A DNA stretch of 64,000 nt from Chrysomallon squamiferum (lineage: Eukaryota; Animalia; Mollusca). The translations under genes and the position numbers were made by a program. The stretch is taken from positions 17,918,001-17,982,000 of the forward strand of contig CM022669.1 of assembly GCA_012295275.1 (NCBI GenBank), read 5' to 3'. Below the pieces are notes generated by a model that worked only from the letters and a program-made list of their open reading frames with translations, did not search any database and had not been told where the DNA came from. Shown here one piece after another: positions 27,141-38,434 of this stretch; positions within the stretch are counted from its first letter, which is position 1; every line of letters starts with the position of its first letter.

Positions 27141-30100
27141 ACATACACAGTTAGATATATATACATACATACGTCTTCATGTAATAACTGAATATTTCAA
27201 AATAAATAACAGATTTTAAAATATATATATATATATATAGTATCAATTTTTTGAAGAAAAAAAAAATGTAATATCATCTGAAAATTAGATCGACGCAGAT
27301 CACTATACTTGATTTTGTTCGGAGGAACTTTTTTACAATAGCACTACTGGTTATCACAATAGCACTACTGCCAGTATTAACGTTGGTAGAATTTATTCAT
27401 TTAAAGTTTGTCGAGCGAAAGTGAGTTTATGCAATTTTATATAATCATTTTACGTCTGCACTATTAGCAAAACAAAATACTGAGTAAAACCTCTGCTAAG
27501 TAAGGCCTAAACTGCAAGATTACCTTTGTTTTATATTCTACTATTAATAATAAAAATCTGTCGACTTCTGCTCGAAATGCTAAATTCATCAACCTTTAAT
27601 TTGTCTTTTTTTCCTCCAGTCTTCAACCTAACCACTCGGGCCCAAGACTACAGATTTATAAGTACAATAAAACGATTATCTGAAGATTATACTGCGCTTC
27701 ACATTTATTTCGCGGATTAAGTTGGAAACTTCTCGGTAAAAACAATCTTTGATGCCCTTCATTTACGTATCAACGTTGTTAAAAACAAGATGACTGCAAA
27801 TTGCTTAAATCTGGGATTTTGGTTTCGTGAACTTGACCTTAGGGCAAAGGTCATTCGACTTTGTCAGTGTTAGACTAGATTTATTTGTTTGAATTGTGTT
27901 TCACCGTCGTGAGAAACGGATTTCAAATATCTGCGTTGTAATCATATATGTGTACTCTGTTTACCATTCCCAGGGTAGCTGGATCGATCCTGCACAGTAC
28001 AACATCTATTGCAACATTTAAAATTTAAGTATCCTGCCCTGTAGAAGGTTCATGTGTATTTTAACTAGCTGCTAATTGGTAACAGTAATCCATTATTTTA
28101 GAAAAGATGACTGATACAGTTTTAAGAAAAGTGTCTTTTAAAATCTATATTTTCATAGTTTTTTTCCTTTAATTGTTTTTAATATAAATTTAAATAACAA
28201 ATAAAGTATAAGATTTTAACTCATAAACAATAATGAGAGTATCTTTCGTAACTAAATACAAAGAGCTATGAAATGTACAGGCCTTCGACATGCAATATTA
28301 CATACGAACTCTTTAGTTCACAATGCTCAAACTTAGATTTATCAGATGGGAGAAAATGGGTCTTCAGTACTAGACATTCGATAAATCATTAACTGCTTAA
28401 TATTTGTCATGGCCATATTGGTCTGGAATATGAGCTGTGAATTCTAGTGTTTGTAGCTAGTTACCAAACAACGGTTTTTCATTTCCCTGATAGTTACAGT
28501 TCAAGTAACTGTAGTAGCTCATCTAATGATAATCTAGACAACAAAACATTGTAGTCTCTCAGTCATAGATCATTCCTATTAACTGTGCGGTGGAACCAGT
28601 ATTTGATCCCAAACTGTAAGGCTTTGTCTATGAATACAGTGATCTTTTTGATCATCCATATGAGTAAAAATGGGACCCGGTATTCGATCCTAGAACCAAG
28701 CAATTGTAAGGTTTTGTCTAGATGTCAGGTTAAATTCAGTGGACTTAGATCATCCCTGTCAGCTCTGCTAATGGTCAGTGTTGGGATTTGATCCTAGTAC
28801 GTAGGATATCTGACTTAATTAGTATGTATCGGGTTTTCGTCTAGATTCCAAAGCTGGAAAGTGACAACCACGTTATCTACAAATAATCCAATTAACGGAT
28901 GTTTGGAAAGCCAACAAGAAAGCTGATGACTTAATTCCGTTATGGGAGGAACATGTGTACAAGATCAAAGGTTAAAGGAATGTTTTACCCGACGATAAAC
29001 ACGTTAATCTGAGAGTTAAGTTAAGTTTGTATTTTAAGCCGCTAATACGTATACAAAATTCTTTTAAAAAGGAAATTAATATATACTTGGCTTTGATATT
29101 TTTATTTGCCGGGTTTTTTTTTTTTTCTTTCAAATTTTTTAAAATATTATTTTATTATTATTTTTATTTAATTTGTTTTCATGTTTTTATATTTTTATAT
29201 ATTTTTTTTTTATTACTACTATTTGTTGTAGTTATTTATTTTAATTATTTATTTTTTATTTTTTTCATTTTTTTCATTTTTTTTATTAAACACACACGTA
29301 CATACAATATATATATTGTGTGTATTGAATATGTTTTATAAAATTTCAGTGTAAAGAAATTCATTGTATTTTTTACAGATATAATATTTTATATTCGCCT
29401 TATCTAATACTACAGACAAAATAATAACCATTAGCAGAAGAAGAAGTAGATGATGATGATTATCTGCTATTTAAAATTTTCGAAAATAATAAACGTTAGT
29501 TACAAAAAAAACTGTGGGAAAACATTCTTAAAATGGCTTGCCATCGCTTTTTATATCCATTGTCCAAACATAAAAAACACCATAGTTTTTTTAAATACAA
29601 TTTTCAATAGCTTGGAATAATCATTATTTGAGTTTTCTTTTTTTTTTTTTTTTAACTTTTTAACTTTATTGATGGCTTAATGGAAATGTGTGTGTGTGTG
29701 TCACTAAATTCACTATATAATATTATATACTGATTTCATTTTTCTTTCTTTTTATATGTGTTTGATTTATTTTTCTTATTTTTCTTCATTTATTTATTTG
29801 CTATTATAGATAGTGTTTTTTGTTTTATTTTTTTCACCACTAATTTTTTTCATTTATGTGGGTGTATATACATTTGTATGAACATACATACATACGAACA
29901 TACACACACACACATATATACATATATACATACATACATACATACGAACATACACACACACACATATATACATATTTTACATACATACATAGATATACAT
30001 ACATACATATGTACGTACATATATACAGACATGCATATATACATACATGCATGCATACATACATACATACATATAAATTTACACATACATAATAAGAAAA

Positions 30101-31508
30101 ATATCAGTTGAGCAATATCTGTCGGTTAAAATGTTCGTGTGAGAAGGGTATTTTTTTATTATCTCTTTACATTTTAGTTCAGTTTATTTCAACAGCAATA
30201 GATTTTAATTTAATTTACATTAAATTATTTATGTTGCATGTAATTAAAAACCTTTACGACTTGATGTAATTAAAAGCGGCATTTCTTCTTGTTATTGTCA
30301 CTATAAATCTCTGTTGTTGTTGTTGTTGTTGTACTTCTTCAAATCCATTTTTCTGTAACTCCGGATATGCAGTTGTGTTTGAAACTCTATTAACAATTAA
30401 CTACTCTCTTTTGTTGCGACATTATTTAAAACAGTTCATTTTAATTCTTTAAATAGTCTTTTATATAAAGTCAAAGGCGAAAAATATCTTGTTTCATTCA
30501 GCTTTCTTTTAAATCTTCTTTTTTAATTAAAAATAACAAAAAATCACTGAAGTGAATAAAACAAAGCAAGTTTTTTTTTCTTTTTTTTTTTTTTTTTTCT
30601 GTTTTTTAAATTTTTTATTACAGAATGTCATTCTGATTTGATGTAATTTCAAGATAATAGAACTGTGATATACCCTATTAATAAGTAAAAGTGTTGATAA
30701 AAAGTAATTATACAAAATATGTTTATATAATAATAAGAAGAAGAATTCTATATAATACAACAGAGAATTGTGTTGCTTTTTTATTTTTTTTTTTTTTATT
30801 TTTTTATTTTTATTATTTTTTTTTATTATTCCTGATGTCATTATTTCAATCAAAATTAATTTCCAAAATATGTAAAGATAAAACGTAAGTGCGTTTATTT
30901 TGAGCACTTTTAAAGTTTAGTGTTACAAAATAATAAAAGTACTAAAATATTTCTAAGTGGTAACTTTAAATTAAATACATTTCTGACAACAAAAGAAGAA
31001 ATGCATACGTTTATTCAGTTTACGGTTCTGATATGACGTCACATTCATGATTAAATAATGAATAAAATGGCAGCAATCAAATATTTATTTTATTGTTAGG
31101 AAAGACTGGTCGCTAAAAGTAACACACTACTTTGGAAGAATGCGAAATATATTTAAACAATTTCTTCACAAAAGTAAATTCAAAGATGAATTTTATAAAT
31201 CAATGTGAATTTTAAAAGATAGATAACAATTTTAAACAACATAACAGATTTGTTAGATCAAAATATAAACTGAATCAAATAATAATAATATTGGAAATAA
31301 ATAAACAACTTACAATCGTTTTAGAACTCTCAGTTGCGTTTGTTTACGCAAATCTTTTTATTACAGTTAAAATATTTAAATATTACAAACCAGACATGTA
31401 CAGAGAAATGTCGCAACTGCAGTGAAGTACGAAATTAGAAGGAAAACGTTATTTTATAAATGTTATTAAAGATTCTCTGCTTTCTCATCTCTCTGTGATA
31501 ACTGTCAT

Positions 31509-32813
31509 TTAATGATGATGCAGCAGCGGCGGCACTGGGAACTTCGTCACCTTTTTCCCGCTCGGGACGGTGGGAACGGCAGCGTTGTTGGTGACGTGCG
31601 ACGCAACTGGTGACGATCCACTGCTCGACACAAGAGTTTTGATTTGGTTCTGCAGATCCAGCACAGCCTTCTCGATCTGGTCTTGCTTCTGCAGCTTTTG
31701 GGTGACGCTTTTCAGCTTCATCATCAGCAGCTCCGTCAGCGTTTTCAGGTTCTGAATGCTGTGCTCGTCTTTCATTACATTGGGGACGCCGTTTTTCACG
31801 TCGGTCGCCACGGTGATCAACTCGTGCTGAAGTTTGTCTACGGTTTTAAACAGTCTGGCTGCCTCGTTCTCGGCATTTTGAATTTTGGTTCGTTTTTCCT
31901 ACGAAAATCGATGACAGTTTCCCGAATCAGCGCTGACGTTTTGAGAACAGTGTCCATCTTTGTAGACGTCGTGTTCATCTGCATCGACAAATCTGACAGC
32001 TGTCGATTGTGATCTCCCAGCATGCTTTCCGTTTGGTTTGTTTTCTTTTCCAGTTTCTCGATATCGCCTTTCTGCTTGCTGTTCATTGTGTTCATCTTCT
32101 GTTCTAAATCGTTGAGTTTATTTTCTAGAGTTTTCAGTGCAGCAGAACTAGCTGGACTGACCGTACCGGAAGTACTGTATGCTACTGGAAGTGGTCCCTG
32201 TTCCAGGATTTGTTTGTAGAATTTGAATCAAGTTTTCCATATTCTTCATTTTCGATTCAGTCTCTTTTGTTTTTTTAATCTGTTCTGTCATCTGAGCTTC
32301 AATTGCTGCGTTTATTTTTGACTGTTCTATCGCTTCCTTCTGGACCCCGTTCGAAAGAGTGAAAATCTTATTCTCAATGTCGTGCATGACCTTTATGAAA
32401 TAATCCTTGGTGTCCATCACTGATTTTTGTAGGTCGGCGCTAGCACTATTTCCCACAGGCAAAACATCCATTTTGTGTTTCAGTTCTCTGAACTGCTGCA
32501 TCAGATCTGAAACCTGATGGTCCAGCGATCCTCGTAAACTCTGAAGTTTTGTCATTTCTCCTTGTATCAGGGAATTCTGAGAAATGTACTGAAGTCGTGT
32601 TCTGTCCAAATCCTGTTTCAGTTGGTTAATTTTCAGATCTAAGTCAGCGCTGCTTTTACTGCATGCCCCATTTTTGTCTGGAACTACAAACTCGAATTTG
32701 CAGCTTTTGCTGGGATTCCCAGGGCCCAAGAAAGACGGGGCTGCAACTTGACCATGTACGTGGATGCTGGCCAAAACTGAAGCGCAGACGACACTAAACA
32801 AAATGGCGTCCAT
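31509..32813 (-). CDS. Intronless secreted coiled-coil protein (~434 aa when restored), paralog B; two compensating frameshifts in this assembly (error or pseudogene)
   Basis: Three ORF pieces (32148-32813, 31838-32095 frame, 31509-31820 frame) join by a +1 shift within 32151-32227 and a -1 shift within 31841-31898; the first and last pieces share a frame. Features are a signal peptide, CKFEFVVPDKNGAC and an end of KFPVPPLLHHH. The blocks LQK..MDTKD.F......IENK.F.LS and K..AAIEA are shared with paralog A. Confidence 0.82.
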
Positions 32814-32917
32814 TGTCGCTGGCGTATGAATGTGTTGTGTTATCTAAATGTTCTGGATAAGCGATGAAGACTTGTCCAGTTAAGAAAATGAAAATGAGGA
32901 AAACACGAGGATTTGCT

Positions 32918-32983
32918 GTTTAAATACAAACTTGGGTGGACAAAGGTTTGCTGCCATCGGTGAAAACATAGTGTGACGTCACA
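32918..32983 (-). promoter_or_regulatory. Putative promoter of paralog B: palindromic CRE plus TATA-like box
   Basis: TGTGACGTCACA, a 12-bp palindrome with core TGACGTCA at 32974-32981, lies about 160 bp upstream of the ATG. A minus-strand TATTTAAA sits at about 32919-32926. Confidence 0.45.
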
Positions 32984-34261
32984 TACTATCTTAAACTTAG
33001 GGTCCGGTCGTTTTTTGTTTGAGTTGGGTATACATCAAATATCCGTTGTTTGTTAACATTTTTTATTATATAAAGAAACATTTGTTTTGATGAACTGTTT
33101 TCATTCTTTACATTAGATACAGTAACATTCTTCAAAATAAATTATAATTATTTCGTTTTTAATTATTTATAGCCAGTTTAAGACGATCTATTACTGAATG
33201 AGACCTGGTAAAGGTCATAGTTAACGTTATCTTTTAATTTCAGACAAACAAATGATAATAAAAGTTTGTACATGAAACAAGGAAGACATAATAGCATAAT
33301 TTATCGTGGAATGCGGCTTTTAGAGACCAACAAACACATTTATACTTCGTTAAACATTATACAGTGCTGACGGCCTGAGATGATTAAACTTACGGAGAAT
33401 ATGTTTCAAGTTCGCATTTTCAGGAGGAAGTTTTATCGCTTGTTTTTGCGTATCTTAGCTATGCAAACAATCGGAATTATACGATAAGTGATGTTGTGTC
33501 AAAAATAAGAATAAACAGAATTCTGTCAGACCTTTTCTTTTTGTTTTTAAACCCGGACGACTTCTTTGATGATTAATTTTTTGGCCAAACACCGGTTTTG
33601 GCGGAAATGTCTACTGGCAAATATTGATGACAAGATTTAAAAAAAAAAAAAAAAAAAAAATGTAATAAAGAAGAAGAAGAAGAAGAAGAAAACTACGCAT
33701 TTCTCTTTTTCTGTTCCACCCTTGTGCTCTTTCTACCATTGCTTTCTCTGTCTCTCTCTCTCTCTCTGTTTTACGTGTACTTGTAAATTCATGGTTCAGT
33801 TTTGTATAGTTCAAATTAGTTTTGATAATGATGGTAATGCAGTAATTATAATTTCAAATAATAACAGTATCCTGTATTCTGACCAACTTTCCATGTCAAG
33901 GTTAGCAGTATGTGTTATTTTTACCACGATATACTGGCAGACAATAATTTCGTTTTCTTAATAGATGTAGCAAAATGAAGTTTATTTATTTATTTATTTT
34001 ATTCATTTATTATTTTCATTAATGGTTCTTTTGTTTTGATATCGATCTGAATATTTAGTGTTTATTTGTACTTACACATATATCTATACGAAATAAAATT
34101 ACTGTGGCAACTACTATATAGTATAGTAATAGTATTTGTGCGTTTTTGTGAATGAACAGTATAACCAGCTGATTTTTCGTTTCTCTGTGACACAGAGTTA
34201 TTGGCCTTGAACTAGTTTAGTTGTTTTAGTTCATAATCGCATCTTTAAATTCGCTGTTAAA

Positions 34262-34315
34262 ATGACAGACAAAAATTTAACAGCTATTCTGTACAAGAAA
34301 GGTGACCTTCGTTTG
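34262..34315 (+). CDS. SORD: SORD exon 1
   Basis: MTDKNLTAILYKKGDLRL|gtgagt. Confidence 0.92.
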
Positions 34316-34535
34316 GTGAGTTGCTATGGATGTACAAATACTTCATTTCTGCAACAGTAGCGTTTTTATAATCGTTCAGTTTTAAAAATAGGTCATAAGA
34401 GATAAACAGATTATGCAGTTTTTGTTTGGCTCAGTCTTATGCGATTTTTTATTAGTCTCAGTCTTCGTATTGTTATAGATAATTAATTACTGAATGACTT
34501 GTTCTTCATTTAATATTTTATTTCTTTCTTTTTAG

Positions 34536-34569
34536 GAAGATTTACCAGCTCGCAATCCAGGACCTGGAG
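34536..34569 (+). CDS. SORD: SORD exon 2
   Basis: tttag|EDLPARNPGPG|gtatcc, 34 nt. Confidence 0.9.
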
Positions 34570-34865
34570 GTATCCTAATTCAGTACAAATATTATTTTTT
34601 ATTCTTTAATTTGAAAAATAAAAATTATTTGGAAACCAAACAGTATGTTCAAACCTATTTATATTTTCACTTAAAACCATTACAATAATATTAATTAGAG
34701 TGTGTATTTCTCTATGTGTATATACTTTTATATTCAAACTCACACACACACATATATATGCATACACTGTATCTATGTGTGTGTGTGTGTGTATATACAT
34801 ACATATATATATATAGATAGCTAGCTAGATAGATAGAAATATAAATATATACATATAAACATACA

Positions 34866-34908
<43 letters not shown>

Positions 34909-34969
34909 TTTAATTTCTACTGTGCAATAAGATATACAGTTCACTCACTTTTATCATTTCAAATTTCAG

Positions 34970-35135
34970 AAGTACAGCTGAGTATGAGAGATGTTGGTAT
35001 CTGTGGTTCTGACATTCACTACTGGACTCACGGAGAAATTGGTGACTTCGTTGTCAAGGCTCCCATGATAATTGGTCCACGAAGCCAGTGGCGTTGTTGC
35101 CAAACTGGGTGATGGTGTCACCAGTCTAAAAATAG
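34970..35135 (+). CDS. SORD: SORD exon 3 (one extra C at 35077-35078)
   Basis: (E)[35 protein letters not shown][c][19 protein letters not shown]|gtttg. Confidence 0.92.
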
Positions 35136-35330
35136 GTTTGTTATTACTTTTTATTAATTATGATTAATTTTATCTACGTAAATTTTAAAATTTCAAGTAA
35201 GTATTTTCTTTGTGATGTTGTAGATTATCAAAATACTTACGATAAGAATTTTTAAAAGTCTTTACAGAAACAAATTTTATAACTAATATATTTAACTTAA
35301 AAAATGTTTATTTATTTATTTATTTTTTAC

Positions 35331-35364
<34 letters not shown>

Positions 35365-35447
35365 CTTAATATACATGTGTGTGTGTGTATATATACATAT
35401 ATTTATGTATGTATTTATTTATTTAATGTATGTATGTGTGTATTTTT

Positions 35448-35479
<32 letters not shown>

Positions 35480-35486
<7 letters not shown>

Positions 35487-35700
35487 ATGTATGTGTGTAT
35501 ATAATGTATGTATGTGTGTATATAATGTATATATGTATGTATGTATGTATATAATGTATGTATGTATGTGTGTATATAATGTATGTATGTATGTGTGTAT
35601 ATAATGTATGTATGTATATAATGTATGTATGTATGTGTGTATATAATGTATGTATGTATGTGTGTATATAATGTATGTATGTATGTGTGTATATATATTG
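35480..35700. repeat. ~21-25-bp minisatellite in SORD intron 3
   Basis: ATAATGTATGTATGTATGTGTGTAT units. Confidence 0.85.
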
Positions 35701-35822
35701 TATAAAAAAAGCAACAGCATAAAATCAAACATCTTACATAAACTTGACCTATAACCTATAAAACTGAATACTTAATTTAATGAAGCATTTTATAATTTAT
35801 TTGTCTCTCTGTCTGCTGTCAG

Positions 35823-35982
35823 GAGACAGAGTTGCAGTAGAACCAGGAGTTCCATGCCGAATTTGCAAACACTGTAAACATGGTAGATACAACCTCTGCC
35901 CTGACATGAAGTTCTGTGCCACGCCTCCTTACCATGGCAACCTGGCAAGATTCTTCACCCATGCTGCAGATTTCTGTTTTAA
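35823..35982 (+). CDS. SORD: SORD exon 4
   Basis: (G)DRVAVEPGVPCRICKHCKHGRYNLCPDMKFCATPPYHGNLARFFTHAADFCF(K)|gtaagt. Confidence 0.95.
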
Positions 35983-36059
35983 GTAAGTTTAAGCTGCAAA
36001 GTAAATCTGCTGAATGTGTGTCTGTATTTCACGAGAAAGAAAACATTGAAAGACATGTA

Positions 36060-36495
36060 TCTTGCAAGTAATGTGGAAATATATTATAATTTGTAAGTAA
36101 TGAATATTTGTTATAATTTATAATGTGAAATTTTTTTCTAATTTGTAAGTTGTGGAAATATGTTGTAAGTTACACAGAAAAAATATTTTGTAAGTTATGT
36201 AAAAAATGTTATACTTTGTAAGTTGTTTGAAAAATATAATTTGTAAGTTGTATGGAAATATATTATAATTTGTAACTAATATGGAAATATTATTTAACAG
36301 TAAGGTGACATGATGTAAGTTGTAAGTTACTAAAATAAGTTGTTTGAAAAGGGATTATAAACTTAAGTTATTTGGAAATACAATTTGTAAGTTATGTGAG
36401 AATATATTATAGTGTATAAGTTATTTGAAAACGTATCATATTCAAGTTATTTGGAAATAGAAGTTGTAAGTAATGTGGAAATACACTACAATCTT
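36060..36495. repeat. ~29-bp degenerate minisatellite filling SORD intron 4
   Basis: TTGTAAGTTATGTGGAAATATATTATAAT-like units run right up to exon 5. Confidence 0.8.
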
Positions 36496-36499
36496 AAAG

Positions 36500-36619
36500 G
36501 TTACCCTGACCACGTATCTACAGAAGAAGGAGCTCTGCTGGAGCCTTTGTCTGTAGGAGTGCATGCTAGTAACAGAGCAGGAGTTGGTTTAGGAGACAAA
36601 GTCCTGATTTGTGGTGCAG
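36500..36619 (+). CDS. SORD: SORD exon 5 (one extra C near 36504-36506; acceptor poorly resolved)
   Basis: LP[c][37 protein letters not shown]|gtaatt. Confidence 0.85.
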
Positions 36620-36819
36620 GTAATTTAAATAAAAATTTACTTATTCTTTTTCTATAATTTTCAAACATGATATTCTTTAGTTAATTAATCTTATTTTTTC
36701 AAACTTTCTGTTGATAGGGTTTAATATATATATATATATATTTTTTTTTTTTTTATATATAATCTTTTTCTTGAAAGTTTTAATAAAGATATATTATACT
36801 GATTGGTTATAATTTGTTT

Positions 36820-36883
<64 letters not shown>

Positions 36884-36916
36884 TGGGTTAATTAATTTTC
36901 TGTTTATATTTTTAAG

Positions 36917-36982
36917 GTCCTATTGGTCTGGTTAATTTGCTCACTGTAAAAGCAAGAGGAGCATCAGAGGTTTGTGTTACAG
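36917..36982 (+). CDS. SORD: SORD exon 6
   Basis: tttaag|(G)PIGLVNLLTVKARGASEVCVT|gtaaaa. Confidence 0.92.
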
Positions 36983-37357
36983 GTAAAAAAGTTTTACCTT
37001 GCTTTATTATATGGACTCAGTCACACAGTACTCACCTGAGACGTTGTGGGATCTGTTCTCAGCAGTTCATCTATTGACCTAATTTATATTTTTGTTTATT
37101 TTTTTTATTTTATTTTTTTTTTTTTATTTTTTTTTTTTTTTTTTTTATTTTTTTTTTTTTTTTTTGTTTTTCATTTTACTTTTTTTTTTTTTTTTATTTT
37201 TTTTTTTATTTTTTTAATTTTTTAATTTTTTTTAATTTTATTTAATTTTATAATACTGTATTTCGTTTTTTCTTTATTTTTTTTTTTCAATCATCCTGCA
37301 AACTCGAAAAATGTTTATTTAACCAATTAACACTGTATAAAATTTTTCTATTTCTAG

Positions 37358-37530
37358 ATATTGATCAAACTAGATTAGACTTTGCTAAGAAGCTGGGAGC
37401 AGACCACACAATCAAAGTGACAAAAGATCCTAAAGAAACAGCTTTACAAATAGAGGAACTGTTAGGTCAACCAGCTGACAAAACTATCGAGTGCAGTGGA
37501 GCGCCATCTAGTGTCAAAACAGCAATCTAT
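37358..37530 (+). CDS. SORD: SORD exon 7
   Basis: ttctag|(D)IDQTRLDFAKKLGADHTIKVTKDPKETALQIEELLGQPADKTIECSGAPSSVKTAIY|gtaatc. Confidence 0.93.
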
Positions 37531-37884
37531 GTAATCTCACAACATTGCTCACAGCAAGGAAATATTTCTGGCCTTGATGGTCATGATTAAGTTTTCAACA
37601 AATTGCATATTTCTAATAAAACACTGATATGATCTAAATGCACAGTGATAAACTGTTATAATGAAAATATATAATATGTTAATAAAAAAAAAAGTTATAA
37701 TTAATTATTATAAGGTTCTTTTATAATCTGAGATAAAAATATTTATTTATCAAATTTTAATGCTTTAAACCTTTTTAAAATATTTGTGATTTTATCAAAT
37801 TTTAATGTTTTAAAACTTTAAAAAAAAATTGTGATTTTTTAATTAATTTTTTTGTAATTTGATTTTTTTTTGAGATTGCAATAG

Positions 37885-38016
37885 GCAACTTGAGAGAAGT
37901 GGACATGGGAATATTGCTATGGTGGGTTTGGGTCCAGTGTAATTATTCAAATTTACAATAGTGAATGCTTCAAGTGAGATTGTGGACATCAAGGGAATAT
38001 TCCGTTATGTTAACTG
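37885..38016 (+). CDS. SORD: SORD exon 8, garbled in this assembly
   Basis: Recognisable fragments AT.., MVGLGP, IVNAS and VDIKGIFRYVN(C)|gtgagt, separated by indels and stops. Confidence 0.7.
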
Positions 38017-38280
38017 GTGAGTCCAGTGTAATTAATCAAATCTTACATTGTGGTGAGTCCAGTGTAATTAATCAAATCTTACGTTGTGGTGAGAACAAAA
38101 TAATTAAAACAATATTCTACTTTAATTAAAAGAATAAAAATAAAGGAATATCCTTCTGGAGCGAATACAACAATTCAAAGAATATATGCACACAAATATA
38201 CATACACACTCAGGCATAAACAAACACATTATCATTATTATTTTATTTTTTTTTTATTATTATTGTTTGGTTTTGTACAG

Positions 38281-38434
38281 TTACCCTGCTGCTCTGTCTA
38301 TGGTAGCTTCAGGAAAAGTGGATGTGAAGCCTCTGATCACACACAGGTTTAAACTAGAACAGACACTGGAAGCCTTCGAAACAGCCAAGAGTGGAAAAGG
38401 AGTTAAAATTATGATTAACTGTGAACGGAAATAG
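38281..38434 (+). CDS. SORD: SORD exon 9 (stop)
   Basis: tgtacag|[50 protein letters not shown]. Confidence 0.95.

Larger units (their letters stand above)
34262..38434 (+). other. SORD: Gene span: sorbitol dehydrogenase (zinc MDR family), 9 coding exons; exons 3, 5 and 8 carry apparent sequence errors
   Basis: Motifs present: GICGSD catalytic Cys, GHEASG zinc motif, [37 protein letters not shown] Rossmann motif, KGIFRY and [11 protein letters not shown]. These are diagnostic of sorbitol dehydrogenase. Confidence 0.95.

Noticed and set aside
31841-31901. Programmed ribosomal frameshifting in paralog B
   Set aside because: There is no proper X XXY YYZ slippery site, two opposite shifts would be needed, and nearby SORD shows the same indel noise.
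24626-32813. Bacterial HGT or viral-envelope origin for the intronless pair
   Set aside because: They have eukaryote-type signal peptides and downstream AATAAA signals, with no TM anchor and no flanking LTR, transposase or operon features. This is not excluded without a search, but nothing supports it.
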